A stretch of DNA of 63,387 nucleotides, counting the filler, from Rhabdomonas costata (Eukaryota): assembly GCA_019059605.1 (NCBI GenBank). It is 32 parts of 32 records of this genome, joined end to end, with 100 filler letters (N's around TTAATTAATTAA, not from the genome) between each part and the next. Parts side by side here need not be neighbours in the genome. Positions count along the whole stretch, not along the records: positions 23,814 to 25,697 come from JAHMHO010007787.1; positions 25,798 to 27,680 come from JAHMHO010007788.1; positions 27,781 to 29,664 come from JAHMHO010007789.1; positions 29,765 to 31,646 come from JAHMHO010007790.1; positions 31,747 to 33,630 come from JAHMHO010007791.1; positions 33,731 to 35,614 come from JAHMHO010007792.1; positions 35,715 to 37,598 come from JAHMHO010007793.1; 25 more parts are not named here. One strand, written 5' to 3'. The notes beneath the pieces are model-generated. The model was not told where the DNA came from and ran no database searches. It saw only the letters and a program-made list of their open reading frames with translations. The translations under genes and the position numbers were made by a program. Positions 25,690 to 37,311 of this stretch are shown piece after piece (the first letter of the stretch is position 1; each line of letters opens with the position of its first letter).

Positions 25690-27266
25690 AAAACCACNNN
25701 NNNNNNNNNNNNNNNNNNNNNNNNNNNNNNNNNNNNNNNNNTTAATTAATTAANNNNNNNNNNNNNNNNNNNNNNNNNNNNNNNNNNNNNNNNNNNNTTA
25801 ATTTTGCTCTCGCTTTGTTTCTTCGGGGTTGGTTTTTTTAGCTTCACTTCCACTTCTTAATGATGTCTGGTGGTGGCAAGTGGTGCTATTTGGCATCCAG
25901 CGTTTGTCAGGGTTGCGTTATTTGTACTGCCTTCCGGGCTGCCTTGGGGTAGGATGGCAGGAGTTTGCGCAGTTTGCAGACTTCCTGCAGCGGTGGTAGC
26001 ATGAGCAGCTCGGGTTTTGGGGAATGGAACATTTTTGGGACAACCGTATCTGGGTTTCTTGGTTTTTTTTCGCCAAGATGTTCCTTTTCCTCTCCCATGC
26101 GGACCTATGTGGGCATCTCTGCAAACCTTTGTGTACACCGTGTTGCTGTGCTTTGTTCGGGTGTGCTTGAACTTCTTCTCTGCGCGGAGTTCAGTCTCCT
26201 GCATCTCTGGCTCAGCTTAGCCTGCTAGCTGGCCTCCTCTTTGTTTACTGTCACGAACTTTTGGTGTCCATTCAGTTGGGCTTGTCTTGGACTGCTACAT
26301 GGCCGACTCCCCTTCCGTTGCCTGTCCGCTTGTGGGGATTGATGTTGGATACGTTTAGGAGGCCACTTGCTGTTTCCATTCGGTTCTTCATGACTGCGAT
26401 TAAGTAGAAAATAAGAATTAAGGAGAACCCCAGGAAACTTGCTCAGGGGCTGCAAAATGTATTCTATGAGAGTTCTGTAAGATGACGTGCCAATCCAATG
26501 GAAAAAGTATTTCAGCAAACCGAATGTAACTTGCAAACAGGACTTGGTTTTGGTCCGTGAGTGCAGTGTGTGAGAAGTTGGAGAGTTGCACGGTTTGCTA
26601 GCTCCTTTGCTGAGCAGCACTTGGCCGCCAACGCCAGACCTGCGGCTGTAAGCTCGACCGCACACCAACTGCCACCGCATCGTTGTTCCTTTGGTGACGT
26701 TTTCTGTGTGCGGTGCACCGCTGCTCTTATATATCGGCCTCCCCCATTCCACCAGTGCCGAAAGAAATGTGGTCTTTCTTGGGGACCGAGACTGCATTTC
26801 AGGCACTGAAGTGCATTACGCGCTCCCATTCTTTCCTTGGAACAGCCCAGCGTCTGCGTTGTAAGATCGCACAATGAAACCTGCCCTCTTTGGCTGTGTG
26901 GTTCCACATGTTTGCACGCTGAGATTGCCCGAAGTTTGTCCGCGTTTTCGTTGCTATTGCTAAAGTTTGTGTCTTCTTCACGTCGAACGGTTGGCCGGTA
27001 GTCGTGTTCGGCTAGCTACTCCATGATCATCGCAATGACAGTTAGACCTTAATTTTCGCAAACAGAATCCTTCGGCACCCTCCTGACGGAAACCTCGACG
27101 GACGCTTTCCTGCTGTGTTTTGTTCGGGCTGTGTGAAAATGGCCGTCTTCATGCTTCCATTCTTCATGGGGTTGGGGCTGGACGCTCAGAACGGTTCTTC
27201 TTTTTTTAATCTTGCTGCTTTGCTTCACTGTCCGACTTTGACAATAACTTACTTTACACTATCGCG

Positions 27267-27640
27267 ATGAGAGTTAGTATTCTTCTCGCTGCAGTCGTGG
27301 TCATCCTCTTGGCAATCGTTCCTGGGGCAATTTTTGCTTCCTTGTTTGATGCCCTATCCCTTGCGGCCCTGGACCGTGCGGGGGAAGGGACTACCAGCGC
27401 ACACAGCATTGCACTCTCTGCTGAGCGCTCCATTGGTGTGGCCACAGAGGCCTCGAGTAGCTCAGCAAATTCATCAGAGGTCAGCCTGCTGGCCACCGCG
27501 GAGGTCCTTGGATCGATGCAGACCCTTGTGCTCCAAATGCACGCCAGGGCGATGGAGCACCTGGGCAGTGCGGTGAGGCGGCGGTTGGATGCTGCGGAAG
27601 CGGTGACAAACGCCCTTCACAAGGCTTGGGAGCTTGGTTT
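27267..27640 (+). CDS. N-terminus of a membrane-anchored receptor-like protein
   Basis: ATG after a pyrimidine-rich leader; hydrophobic segment ILLAAVVVILLAIVPGAIFASLF followed by a long helix; 3' end lost in a fold-back. Confidence 0.55.
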
Positions 27641-27925
27641 TGTGAAGGGCGTTTGTCACCGCTTCCGCAGCACCCAACCANNNNNNNNNNNNNNNNNNNN
27701 NNNNNNNNNNNNNNNNNNNNNNNNTTAATTAATTAANNNNNNNNNNNNNNNNNNNNNNNNNNNNNNNNNNNNNNNNNNNNTGTGTTTGGGTGGGGTGGGA
27801 AATCGATTTCTCTTCTTTTTACGACTGTGGTGTGAATATGCATGTTGCGTGTGGCTTGCACACATTGCTTCTTTTTCTTGTGAAGAGACTCCTCTGAAGA
27901 GGTTTTCTTCAACTTCTCTCTTCAG

Positions 27926-29622
27926 GGCTTGACCGCGAAGGCCATCGCCGATCTTGACGCGCTGCTTGTGCAGCAGCCCGACTCCCCTGATCTCCTGCTG
28001 CGCCGCTGCATGGCCCATCAGCTCGTGGGTAACACTGAGGCCGCTCTGAGGTTTTCCCGTGCCTAGTCCGAAACACTGCAATTTGGACCTTGTAAGGAAA
28101 GCGAAATGTGGAGATGGGTCATGAGCTTACATAATAATACGGTTCTGTTTCCAAAGCCCCTGCGTTATTTCGGCCTTAGTTCATCTCGAACAGAGGTATA
28201 AAAAAACACTACGTTTTATCGCACAAATGATGAGAGGGGGCCGGCCACTAGGTGGCATACAAATTGGACAATGAGATTCTTCATAGCAATCTAAATTATT
28301 CTTGCTTATCGTTGTTCTTTGCTGGTGCAAAAAAAATTCTCGCGGCATACGGCTAGACATTGGCAGGATGGCACATGATCACCGCTGTTTTCTCGCTGCA
28401 TCGTTATCTTATCTTTTTTCCTCGTTGACGTGTTGTGTCATTGCTCGAAAATCTTATTGTTATGGGTCGTCTTTTTTTCAATTGCACAGGGACGCCACGG
28501 CGGCGGTGGAGCGGCGGCCCGACTCCCCACGGCCCCACCACACTCGGGGCCTCGCGCTTGTGCTCGCAGAGCGCATCCCAGAGGCCATCCAGGAGTTCAC
28601 CCGTGCTCTGGAGCTGGACCCCACGTGCGAGGAGGCCCTTGTGAATCGCGCGGTATGTGTCTCTGTGTTTGGGTTGCTGCGCATCGATGGCCCCACTCCC
28701 CTGCCGAATGTACATCAGATGTATGAATGGAATGGTTTGTTTCCGCTTCTCCGCTTTTCACTTTTTCTGACCTTTAGTACCAATGTCATGTTCGAGCCGA
28801 TCTGGGCATACACCTCACACTTCAGCGCACACCGCTCCTGGCAGGCGGCCTACCGTGCCCGCAACGAGATCGATCACTGCCTGGAGGACTGTGAGAGCGT
28901 TCTTAAGCTGAACCCCAACAGCGACGAGGCCTTCTACCATCAAGGGCTCGCCCACAAGACGGTTGGGGACTACCCGAGTGCCATTGAAAACTTCTCAAAG
29001 GCAGTCGTGCCTCTCTTTTTCTCCGGGGACAATGTTTCGATCCCTCTTCGATTTTCGAGGGGCAGCGGTTTATATTTTGCACGGGGTGGTCAGAGTTGGA
29101 GCATCCACATTGCAAAAGGGGGAACTTGTTTTTTGGTACACTGCAGATAGCATTTTTAGTACGACACGGTTCTCATCCAAAAGGAAGGTAGAACCTTCCT
29201 GGAATAGTTTGTGCCTCCCTCTCCTGGAGATGTTTTTTTTCACATTTCATCTTTTCATGTTTTCCATGCCTATGACATTCTACTTTGTCACCCTTCTTTT
29301 GCTTTCTGTCAGGGGAACTGTCTGAATCTGCATTTTGGCATTTTGGCACTTTGGCATTGAGACGTAATTGTTACATGTAACACGGCAATGAGATGAGCCT
29401 CTGCAGATCTGTACCATCGAATGCGATAGCGATTGGTTTGTTTTGCCTCCCGGCCGTGTTCTCGGCTGTTGCAGGCCATCGAGATCAACGACAAGGTGGA
29501 CTCGCGGTATTACCACAGAGCTCTGGCCTACTTTCAGCTCGGGGATTACGAAAGCAGCGTGGTCGACTTCTCGTCGTGCATTGCTCGGAACCCCAACAAC
29601 GAGATGGCGTACCACAACCGCG
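27926..29622 (+). CDS. TPR-repeat protein, exons 27926-28050, 28490-28652, 28845-29000, 29475-about 29622
   Basis: Consecutive TPR motifs (HHTRGLALVLAERIPEAIQEFTRALELDP; AFYHQGLAHKTVGDYPSAIENFSK|AIEIND; YYHRALAYFQLGDYESSVVDFSSCIARNP); all exons splice in frame. Confidence 0.93.
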
Positions 29623-29972
29623 GTTTTGGTCGACTTCTCGTCGTGCATTGCTCGGAACCCCAAANNNNNNNNNNNNNNNNNNNNNNNNNNNNNNNNNNNN
29701 NNNNNNNNTTAATTAATTAANNNNNNNNNNNNNNNNNNNNNNNNNNNNNNNNNNNNNNNNNNNNTGTGTTGGTTGTTTTGGTATTTAGACTTCAAAAGTC
29801 AATGGTTGGGGGATGGAAAACGTTTCCAGACTACTGGTGACAGGAAACTGTCTGTTCGCCAAATTTGCTGAAAAACGGTCAGTGTATGAACGTGGTCTGG
29901 AGGTCCTTGACGACTTTTTGTTTAGCTCGTTTGTATAATTTCACCTGATACGCTTTATGACATTGTCACGCA

Positions 29973-30193
29973 GCACGAAGAACTTGCTCCCGTTGAAGGA
30001 GCACCTGGAGGCGGTTTGGTTTGACGTGCACCTGGAGGAGGTTAACGAGGAGGGCATCCTTCAGATATTCATTGACGGGAAGTTTGCTTTGAAGGCGGAC
30101 GTCCGTGGCTTCTACCCGTGGTCCCCAGGCACCGTCGCAAAGACTGTGAACCAGCTTCAGGAGAAGCAATCTCCACACCCTCCGTCTACCTAA
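29973..30193 (+). CDS. Probable terminal exon of unknown protein
   Basis: CAG acceptor; coding-like frame KNLLPLKEHLEAVWFDVHLEEV...QSPHPPST*. Confidence 0.45.
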
Positions 30194-31823
30194 CGCAGCA
30201 ATCTCGCTCTTGCTTGGTTAGTAAAACAGATGAGACTCCAATATACTCCAAGGCCGTGGTGTCGAACACCTGGTGAAATTCGTGCGTTACGGTACTCGGT
30301 ACTTGCAGCCTTATTTTCATACTGCGTTGCATTTTGACTCGAACCGAACACCCTCGATTAACTCTTGTTTACTTTATGAGTTCTTGTGTCCTTAGGAGAT
30401 TGTTGCCTTGAATGAGGAGAAGGCCGATACTGAGAAGGAGACCCACAATGAATCCACAAAGTTGGAAGGGAAGCTAAATCGGGAGAAGGGCATAACCAGG
30501 GTTGCGTGATGTCAAGCCAGGAGGGATGGCAAGACCTGATCTTGCCGACAGGAGGGTGAAGGGCGGGATTAAACCCATCTCTGCCTTTACCACCTTCCTC
30601 GCCGGTGTGTTGGTGCTTGTGGGTAAGCCGTAGCTGCTTGTGGTCTTGCATTTTCTTGGATTTCTCATCTTGGACCCCCCCCCCCCCCACGCCCCTGAGC
30701 GAATGAAGGGCTGGGAGCAAAGATCTCTTCTGGTGAGAACCTCCTTGCCTGGAAAACTGTCTCTGAGTTTGGCGTGGGACGCAAATTTCCTTGGCAGTAA
30801 GCGATTTTTTGCGGCAGGCTTCGCGCTGTATTTCGTTGTGTTTTTGGTCAGTAATATTTTGTGTCACCGTTACTTCGTGCTCGTGCCTGAGAGCTTCCCT
30901 GTTCCACGACAGTCTTTGTTTCATTTTATGTACTAGTTATGTACACGGTGCGCTTAGCCTTAGCTACCATCTGGTTTTTGTTTTTTTCCTCTTCTTCTTA
31001 ACAGAGGTGGTTACGGTTCCGATTTATTGCGATTCCTGCTTACTAACTGCGCTTCAGCTCCGCTTCACCACGCCTGAACTGCTGCTTGATTCTGTCTCAA
31101 GGGGCTGCACTTCGCGCCCCGAAGTCGGTCTGAGTTGACTTCCCGCGTGCACCATAGTTGTACTTATAGTGATTGACTTTCATCGTTGGTTATTCTACGT
31201 TTGAAAGAGTGGTGGTTTGAAGGGGATGCGTTAAAAAAGCGAATCGAAAAACCGTCGGGGCGCGCATGTCTCAAAACCCTTGAAACTTACTTCAACGAAA
31301 AAAGAAGCATTGGAGGTTCTCACTTTTGGTCCAATCCGTATCTGTCTGGCGCTTTCCCACCCGTAGGTCTCTTGTGCGTTTGTCGGGCCATGCAAATGGA
31401 GTCCAAATAGAAAATAGTGTTCCACCAGCCGGGCGCTGTTGCACCGGCACAGCCCCTTGTCCAGTTGCCGGAACCCTCACTCGTCGTACAGGAAGTCCTG
31501 CGCGGAGGGAGTGCAGTCATTTTTTGTCAGACAAATCCAAAACACGGCAATTCCATTCCTTCCCCTTTTTGTTTCATTTTCCAGCACACTGCACCACACC
31601 ATTCTTGAACATGCGCAGTCTTTTCCAAATCTTGGTCCAAAACAACNNNNNNNNNNNNNNNNNNNNNNNNNNNNNNNNNNNNNNNNNNNNTTAATTAATT
31701 AANNNNNNNNNNNNNNNNNNNNNNNNNNNNNNNNNNNNNNNNNNNNGTTGGGTTTTTTTTTAGTCTGTGCAACTGAGTTGTTGTGACGCAGTGCCGTAAT
31801 TTCAACCGGAACTAAAAAACGCT

Positions 31824-32174
31824 TTAATCAGAAATGAGAGGACACGCCAAGGTAAGCGTGAGTTCCTCCAGTAAACCAATGACTCCATTTGACTTTTGGC
31901 GAGCAGACTGCAAGACTGCAAAACTATCAACCTGGGTTCTTTCCGTATCGGAGAACCAAGACTCTATGCCACCGACTCTGGTGACGTAGTCCTGGAACAT
32001 CTGAAAAACGGTTCGGTACGCCACTCCGTACGGCGCGAACCGCCCTGTGGTGTGGTGGAAGGAGACCACCTGGTAGATCGTGCCAGTCCAGTTGGAAACT
32101 CGGAGGTATTCCACGCCAATGGCGCCCCACGAAAGAAAAAGCAGGAGAAAGGTCAATGCATGAAGAAGAGCCAT
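31824..32174 (-). CDS. Signal peptide plus start of a type-1 periplasmic-binding (Venus flytrap, LivJ-like) domain; likely receptor ectodomain
   Basis: MALLHALTFLLLFLSWGAIG signal; TTGRFAPYGVAYRTVFQMFQDYVTRVGGI resembles the lTG..A..G......a...iN..GGi motif; 3' boundary uncertain. Confidence 0.6.
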   Translation of the reverse strand: MALLHALTFLLLFLSWGAIGVEYLRVSNWTGTIYQVVSFHHTTGRFAPYGVAYRTVFQMFQDYVTRVGGIESWFSDTERTQVDSFAVLQSARQKSNGVIGLLEELTLTLACPLISD

Positions 32175-33894
32175 CTTAGCCAAGAGAAAGCCTGAAGTAT
32201 CCCGGAAATAACCAGCTACAAAACAACTTCATAACACAGCCACAACAAAACTGCTGGCACGCTAAGTGCAATGTCATTAGCAAAAGGCTAAAGGATCAAA
32301 CCCAGGTCTGTCCTGGTGAATTTTCCACTCACCACTTTCTCCTCGCTGGTACAAATTTTTTGTGTGACCTTGTCAACAGATACAGAGTCGATACTCTCGC
32401 GGGGACTGATCCGCAATAACCCCACCACTACCACCTCGTTAGCAAACGCTACCGACCCAAAGTCCCCTAGGTAGCATTCACCATCGGCGATTCGAAACCA
32501 AATGCTACGCAGCTCGACCAACTGGTCGGAGTTCCATAGAATTAGAAGCTGAAGAACAGACGAAAAAGAATGTTGGGGGGTCACGAAAACAAACCCTCAT
32601 CGCATAAACAAGTGTTGGACATATCCCATATCCAAAGCTTCTGAGTGTAACATCTCAACGACACTTCTCAACCGACACATTAGCATCTGCTACTAGCAGG
32701 TTGCACTGATGAAGAAAGCCAATTTTGGTGCAGGACAGCCCTATGTTTATTTTTTCTATGTTTTGTTTTTTTTGCTATTTTTTGTTTTTTTTTATTTTCG
32801 TAAATGACGCAGCAGATTGAAATGACCAAGTCCCCGCTGTTGCCTTTGCTGTGTATGCGTATTGTGTATTGTTGAATAGTATTTGCGTTGCCAATATTTT
32901 TGTAGGGATGATGCTAATTTATTTTTCGATTGTTTGTCCCTCCCACAGCTGAGCTCGGCACATCGCCAGAATGCGTCCTGGACTGCGGTCGACCCGCACC
33001 AGCACAAATCCAGCCGCCCAATAGTCCTCCTCGCACCAATCAGTTCCCGCTGATTCACCACCGGTGCATGTGACTCCATCCAAGGTCCAAGAGTCCGCAG
33101 CGTGGGCTCCAAAACAACCGCAGCAACCTTCTGAGCCCACTCATCAGTAACAGGCCTAATGCCGCAAGAACAGCCCTACCCTCCCGGATTGCTTTGCAAT
33201 CCACTGCAGCGAGATATAGTTTCGGACACTGCAACCGTGTCATACCGCTTGACGCCCCCCCCCCCCACAGAAAAATAGCGCTGGCAACAGAACTTCAAAG
33301 GTCGCAGGAGAACAACTTCACCAGTTGAGCACGCCACACTGTCAGTACAACGCAATGTTGTTGACCTCGGCTCTTAAAGAGACATGCTCAGAAAATGCGA
33401 TGTTGCGATGTTGTTGAGAGTAAACATCGCAGCGATCCTCAATGCAGCAACAGTATCAAGGTACAGTATGGCGGCAGACCAAGTATGGGACGGCAAAGCA
33501 TCCCTTCAGCGACGAAACCAAGTGTCACACAATGACCTCACCAAGGCCACGAAAACAGCACCACGCCAAGAAAAAAAAAGTGGCATGCAAACACACACCG
33601 ACAAGAACAAAAACCACCACCACACAAACCNNNNNNNNNNNNNNNNNNNNNNNNNNNNNNNNNNNNNNNNNNNNTTAATTAATTAANNNNNNNNNNNNNN
33701 NNNNNNNNNNNNNNNNNNNNNNNNNNNNNNTTGTTGGGGGAGATCTGGAGGACGGTTGGGGTCCGGGCACATCATACTCGCGCGAAAAAACAGGCAGTGT
33801 TTTTTCACACTTGCATTAGCTTTGAAGAGCAAAAAAGAAACGGCGAAGATGCAGTTGAGGGTTCAGATGAATGGGGCTGGGGGGCGATGCCCAC

Positions 33895-35010
33895 CGCAGC
33901 AATCATATCCCCCAGTACTGCGCGGCGCAGCGAGCCACCCGCGTCGACCACCAGCACCTTGCCTGCACCAGGCTGGTCCAGAGTCTGCCGTGATGAGACA
34001 AACGCAGTACAGATGAGGGGGGTGCACATACATTCGCAAGTCACGCTAACTCTGCTTCAATCCAATTGTTTCAAGCTGCATTGTGATGACGAGCACCAAC
34101 ACCCGGTGCAGCAAGACATATGCGTGCACACACTGCATCCGCAAGGCATAAGTTCGTTTGGCGTTCTCTTCCAGACCTACCGATTCTCCAGCCTTCGTGG
34201 CCACTGCTTCGGGTGGGGGGGGATGACCACCCCTTCCTCAACTGCAGGTCCTTAAGAAACCTCACTGATGCACAAGAACCGCGGATTGATGGGCGTCCAA
34301 TCTCTGCGCCATGTATGCCCAAATGCGAATCCATACCCGAATGCATACCCGAATATTAACCTCAAGCCACTCCCAATTCCACTCCAGACACAGAGCCCGC
34401 ACGTGCTCTCCAGGTCAAAGTGAGATAGCAATCTACCTTGAAAGGGAACCGACCCAACGTACATTTGCGTACAGTTGTGTTCATTTAGGAGGGAGGGTAA
34501 CCGAAATGTACTGAATTGCTCGAGCAGGCCTCTTTTCATAGGAATAAGTTTCTCTGTGCGATTCTGGGCTTTGGACTTGGGCGCGAAAATTCAGTTGAAC
34601 ACAACGTTAGGTTTACGCAGTTAAATACATACGTACAAAATACAGCCTCTGGCGCAGCCTATGCCGTATAAGAAAAAGCAACACTACAAAACTGCAGAAC
34701 GACCTGCGTGTGAAATTTGGAGCAAGAGTGCCTGGTTGGGTTGGATGGGCCGGAGTCCCCTTCCGTACACCGGAACCAGGGATGAGCTCTCCCACACGCA
34801 CGCAAACACATACGCACACACACACGCAACGGTGCAGACCGACTTCACAAAGGAGTTGTCCTCGAAGCACTTCACGGTGACGGCCTGGCCCCAGAAGTGG
34901 GCCCGCCCGCCATAGCTCCGGAAGATCGGCTCCATGTACCGCAGCTTGTCCCCGAACTTGTCGCACAGGTCAGCCGTGGCCAAGCACTGCGGGGCCGCGG
35001 CAGAGGCCAT
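33895..35010 (-). CDS. rraA: RraA-family protein (regulator of RNase E / HMG aldolase-like), exons 35010-34840 and 33984-33895
   Basis: [10 protein letters not shown]...[58 protein letters not shown] are hallmark RraA motifs; GT-AG intron in frame. Confidence 0.95.
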
Positions 35011-37185
35011 TTCCTGCTGTGGGGCTTATTTTGCCTTCTTTCAGAGGAGAGAAAGGGAAAAGGGTGAGGGCAGGATCCTTCCAAAGGGTGAAGAAGGTAC
35101 CCGACAGGGCACGGTGCTTAAAAAGCAAGAAAGCACCCAGCTCCATCTCAAAAACATACTTGCCATTCCTCACTTGCCCTGCTCCCCACCTAACCACAGT
35201 ACACGATCACTTGAGCAAAAGAGTCTTGGGCAGCCCAAGCAGGGGCACCACACACGAGCATTTTGGTGTGCGTTCCACAACTCGGCGCGTGGAGCAATTT
35301 TCCGGAGATGAGGCCAACCCACGAAACCGGTGCTACTCGATGGCCCACCAATCACAACTCGCCAGAAGGTACAACGCAGCAAATCACGACAGTGCCACAC
35401 CAGAAGAACGACTGCAATGAACGAACAGAAAAATTCGCACGTATTAACACAGGAAGACGAAGAACAACAGGCAGGGCCCCAATATACAGTTCCAAATCGC
35501 CTCCAGCGCCTCCACAAGAGGAGGGACGAATGGAAGCGTGGGCAGGAAAATCTCCCAATGAAAAACCAAACAGGGTAAAGCACGCCAAAGGAAGATCTCA
35601 GCCCCCCCCCCACCNNNNNNNNNNNNNNNNNNNNNNNNNNNNNNNNNNNNNNNNNNNNTTAATTAATTAANNNNNNNNNNNNNNNNNNNNNNNNNNNNNN
35701 NNNNNNNNNNNNNNGTTTTTTTGTTTGCGGGTTTTGCCTCCCTCTCCCCCCCTCCCCACGTGGTCGAGACGGACCTGTACGCGGTTTCATTGCAATAGGT
35801 GTATATGTTGGGAAAGATGTTTCTCAAGCCCTTATCTGGAGTGCATCCCCCTCTGGGAGCTCTGGCTTCACGGTGCCTGTTGCGAAGGCGCGGAGACCGC
35901 CCCACCGCCGCCGAGGCAGTGGCGGAAGTCCTGAAGCTGATCCAAGCCCTCTGAGCATGAGGGGAGTTGTGTCACGCCGCTTGCTGTTGACGCTATTTCG
36001 ATGAAGGCTGCCCCCCGCACCGTTTCCACCGGGCGAGCGCATCTCAGGCTGCTGAACGCAGTGGCATGTGATGGCGGGAGGGGAACCGGATGTTTCCTCG
36101 TTTGATAAAAATGCAGAACGTGATCCCCAGCACTGACCTGCGCAAGTAAGGTTGCAGGCAGGAGTGCAAAACAAATGGGATAGTATGGTGATGGCGATGG
36201 TGAGTGGGTGTAATGAAAGCTTTCCGCTCTGCCTGGAAGTGGTCACGTTATGCTGTGTTGCTTTTTTGGACGCGCCGGGAGCCCTGTTTAAATGAGAGGA
36301 GGTGATGCGCTGAGTGGAACTTCAGGATACCCTCGCTTCTGTCCCTTGATTGGAAAAATGGATACCCTGCTACGAACGATTGTTGAGCTTTTCGTTCCTC
36401 TGGAGAACATGAAAGGTTGCGCATGTTATCGGTGTGGTTGGTGGTGTTGGGATCAATCACGTTACTTATTAGGCTAGTACTTGGGTAGCTCTACCAGTCC
36501 TAGATGACGTTTCATCATTTGGGCAAATGTCTGATGGCCTACTCAGAAAATCAGTTTTTTCACACCACTACTCTTGCAATCACATCGGAAGGCTGTGGCG
36601 CGATTGCCCAAATTTGGTTTAATTCCATACCGTCCCGTATGTTTCAGCGCAGTTTCCAGCCCCTGCTTTATGCTATGGACGCTGTGAAAAACGTTTAGCT
36701 ACTCCCCACTGCAGCACTGGCTGACACCCGGACAGTAACCTGGAGCTTCTTGTGTGGTCTTCTCGTATTTTTATTTTCTGCCCATTTGTCAATAATAGTA
36801 CGCTGTTCAAACCGACTGTTTTTATGCATCGCCTGAAGCACAGAAATTTCAGAGCGAGTGAAGCGCTCGTAAATTCGTCCAATTTACACCATATTTCTGT
36901 GACCGTGCGTTCTGTGTTGTTCGGATGTGAGCAGTTTGTTTTTGATAGAAGGTCACGTTGTCTAATCGCTCTTCAAAACTGAAGCCTGACTTGCAAACAG
37001 TTTCATCACACTAACGCAGCACTCTGACGTGACGTACTGGTTTAGCAGGGGCTTTCTTGTTCTGTTTTTCTGGTGCCTCGTGTTGGTTTCTATTGCTTTT
37101 GCGCCAGGGAAAGGGCGAGGGCGTCTTTTCGGTTTCCTCCAAGGGAGTTTGGCGGTCGGGGGTTGAGCGCCAACGCACACGCGAA

Positions 37186-37311
37186 ATGTGGCGGGTTGCG
37201 GCAGTAAGGAGTAGGGCAGGTCTGACCTCCTCCGGGCGCCACCTGCGGCGCGGCTATGCCCAGGGGATGCTCTCCAGTGCTAAAACACACTTCACTCAGC
37301 TGATGCGGGAG
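37186..37311 (+). CDS. First exon with a mitochondrial-presequence-like N-terminus
   Basis: MWRVAAVRSRAGLTSSGRHLRRGYAQG is Arg/Ser/Ala-rich with no acidic residues and an R-x-Y-A cleavage-like motif; ends at a GT donor. Confidence 0.55.

Noticed and set aside
27583-27680. Near-perfect hairpin of about 40 bp interrupting a coding sequence
   Set aside because: Sits at the contig end, copies coding sequence and terminates in a primer-like C/A tail; typical amplification fold-back chimera
29560-29664. Direct duplication of about 35 bp in the last TPR exon
   Set aside because: Second copy begins after a G/T-only stretch and ends at the contig edge; likely an amplification or assembly artefact
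32637-32650. TTCTGAGTGT resembling part of the Euglena spliced leader
   Set aside because: Only about 10 nt match, with no following T-run or GT donor; expected by chance
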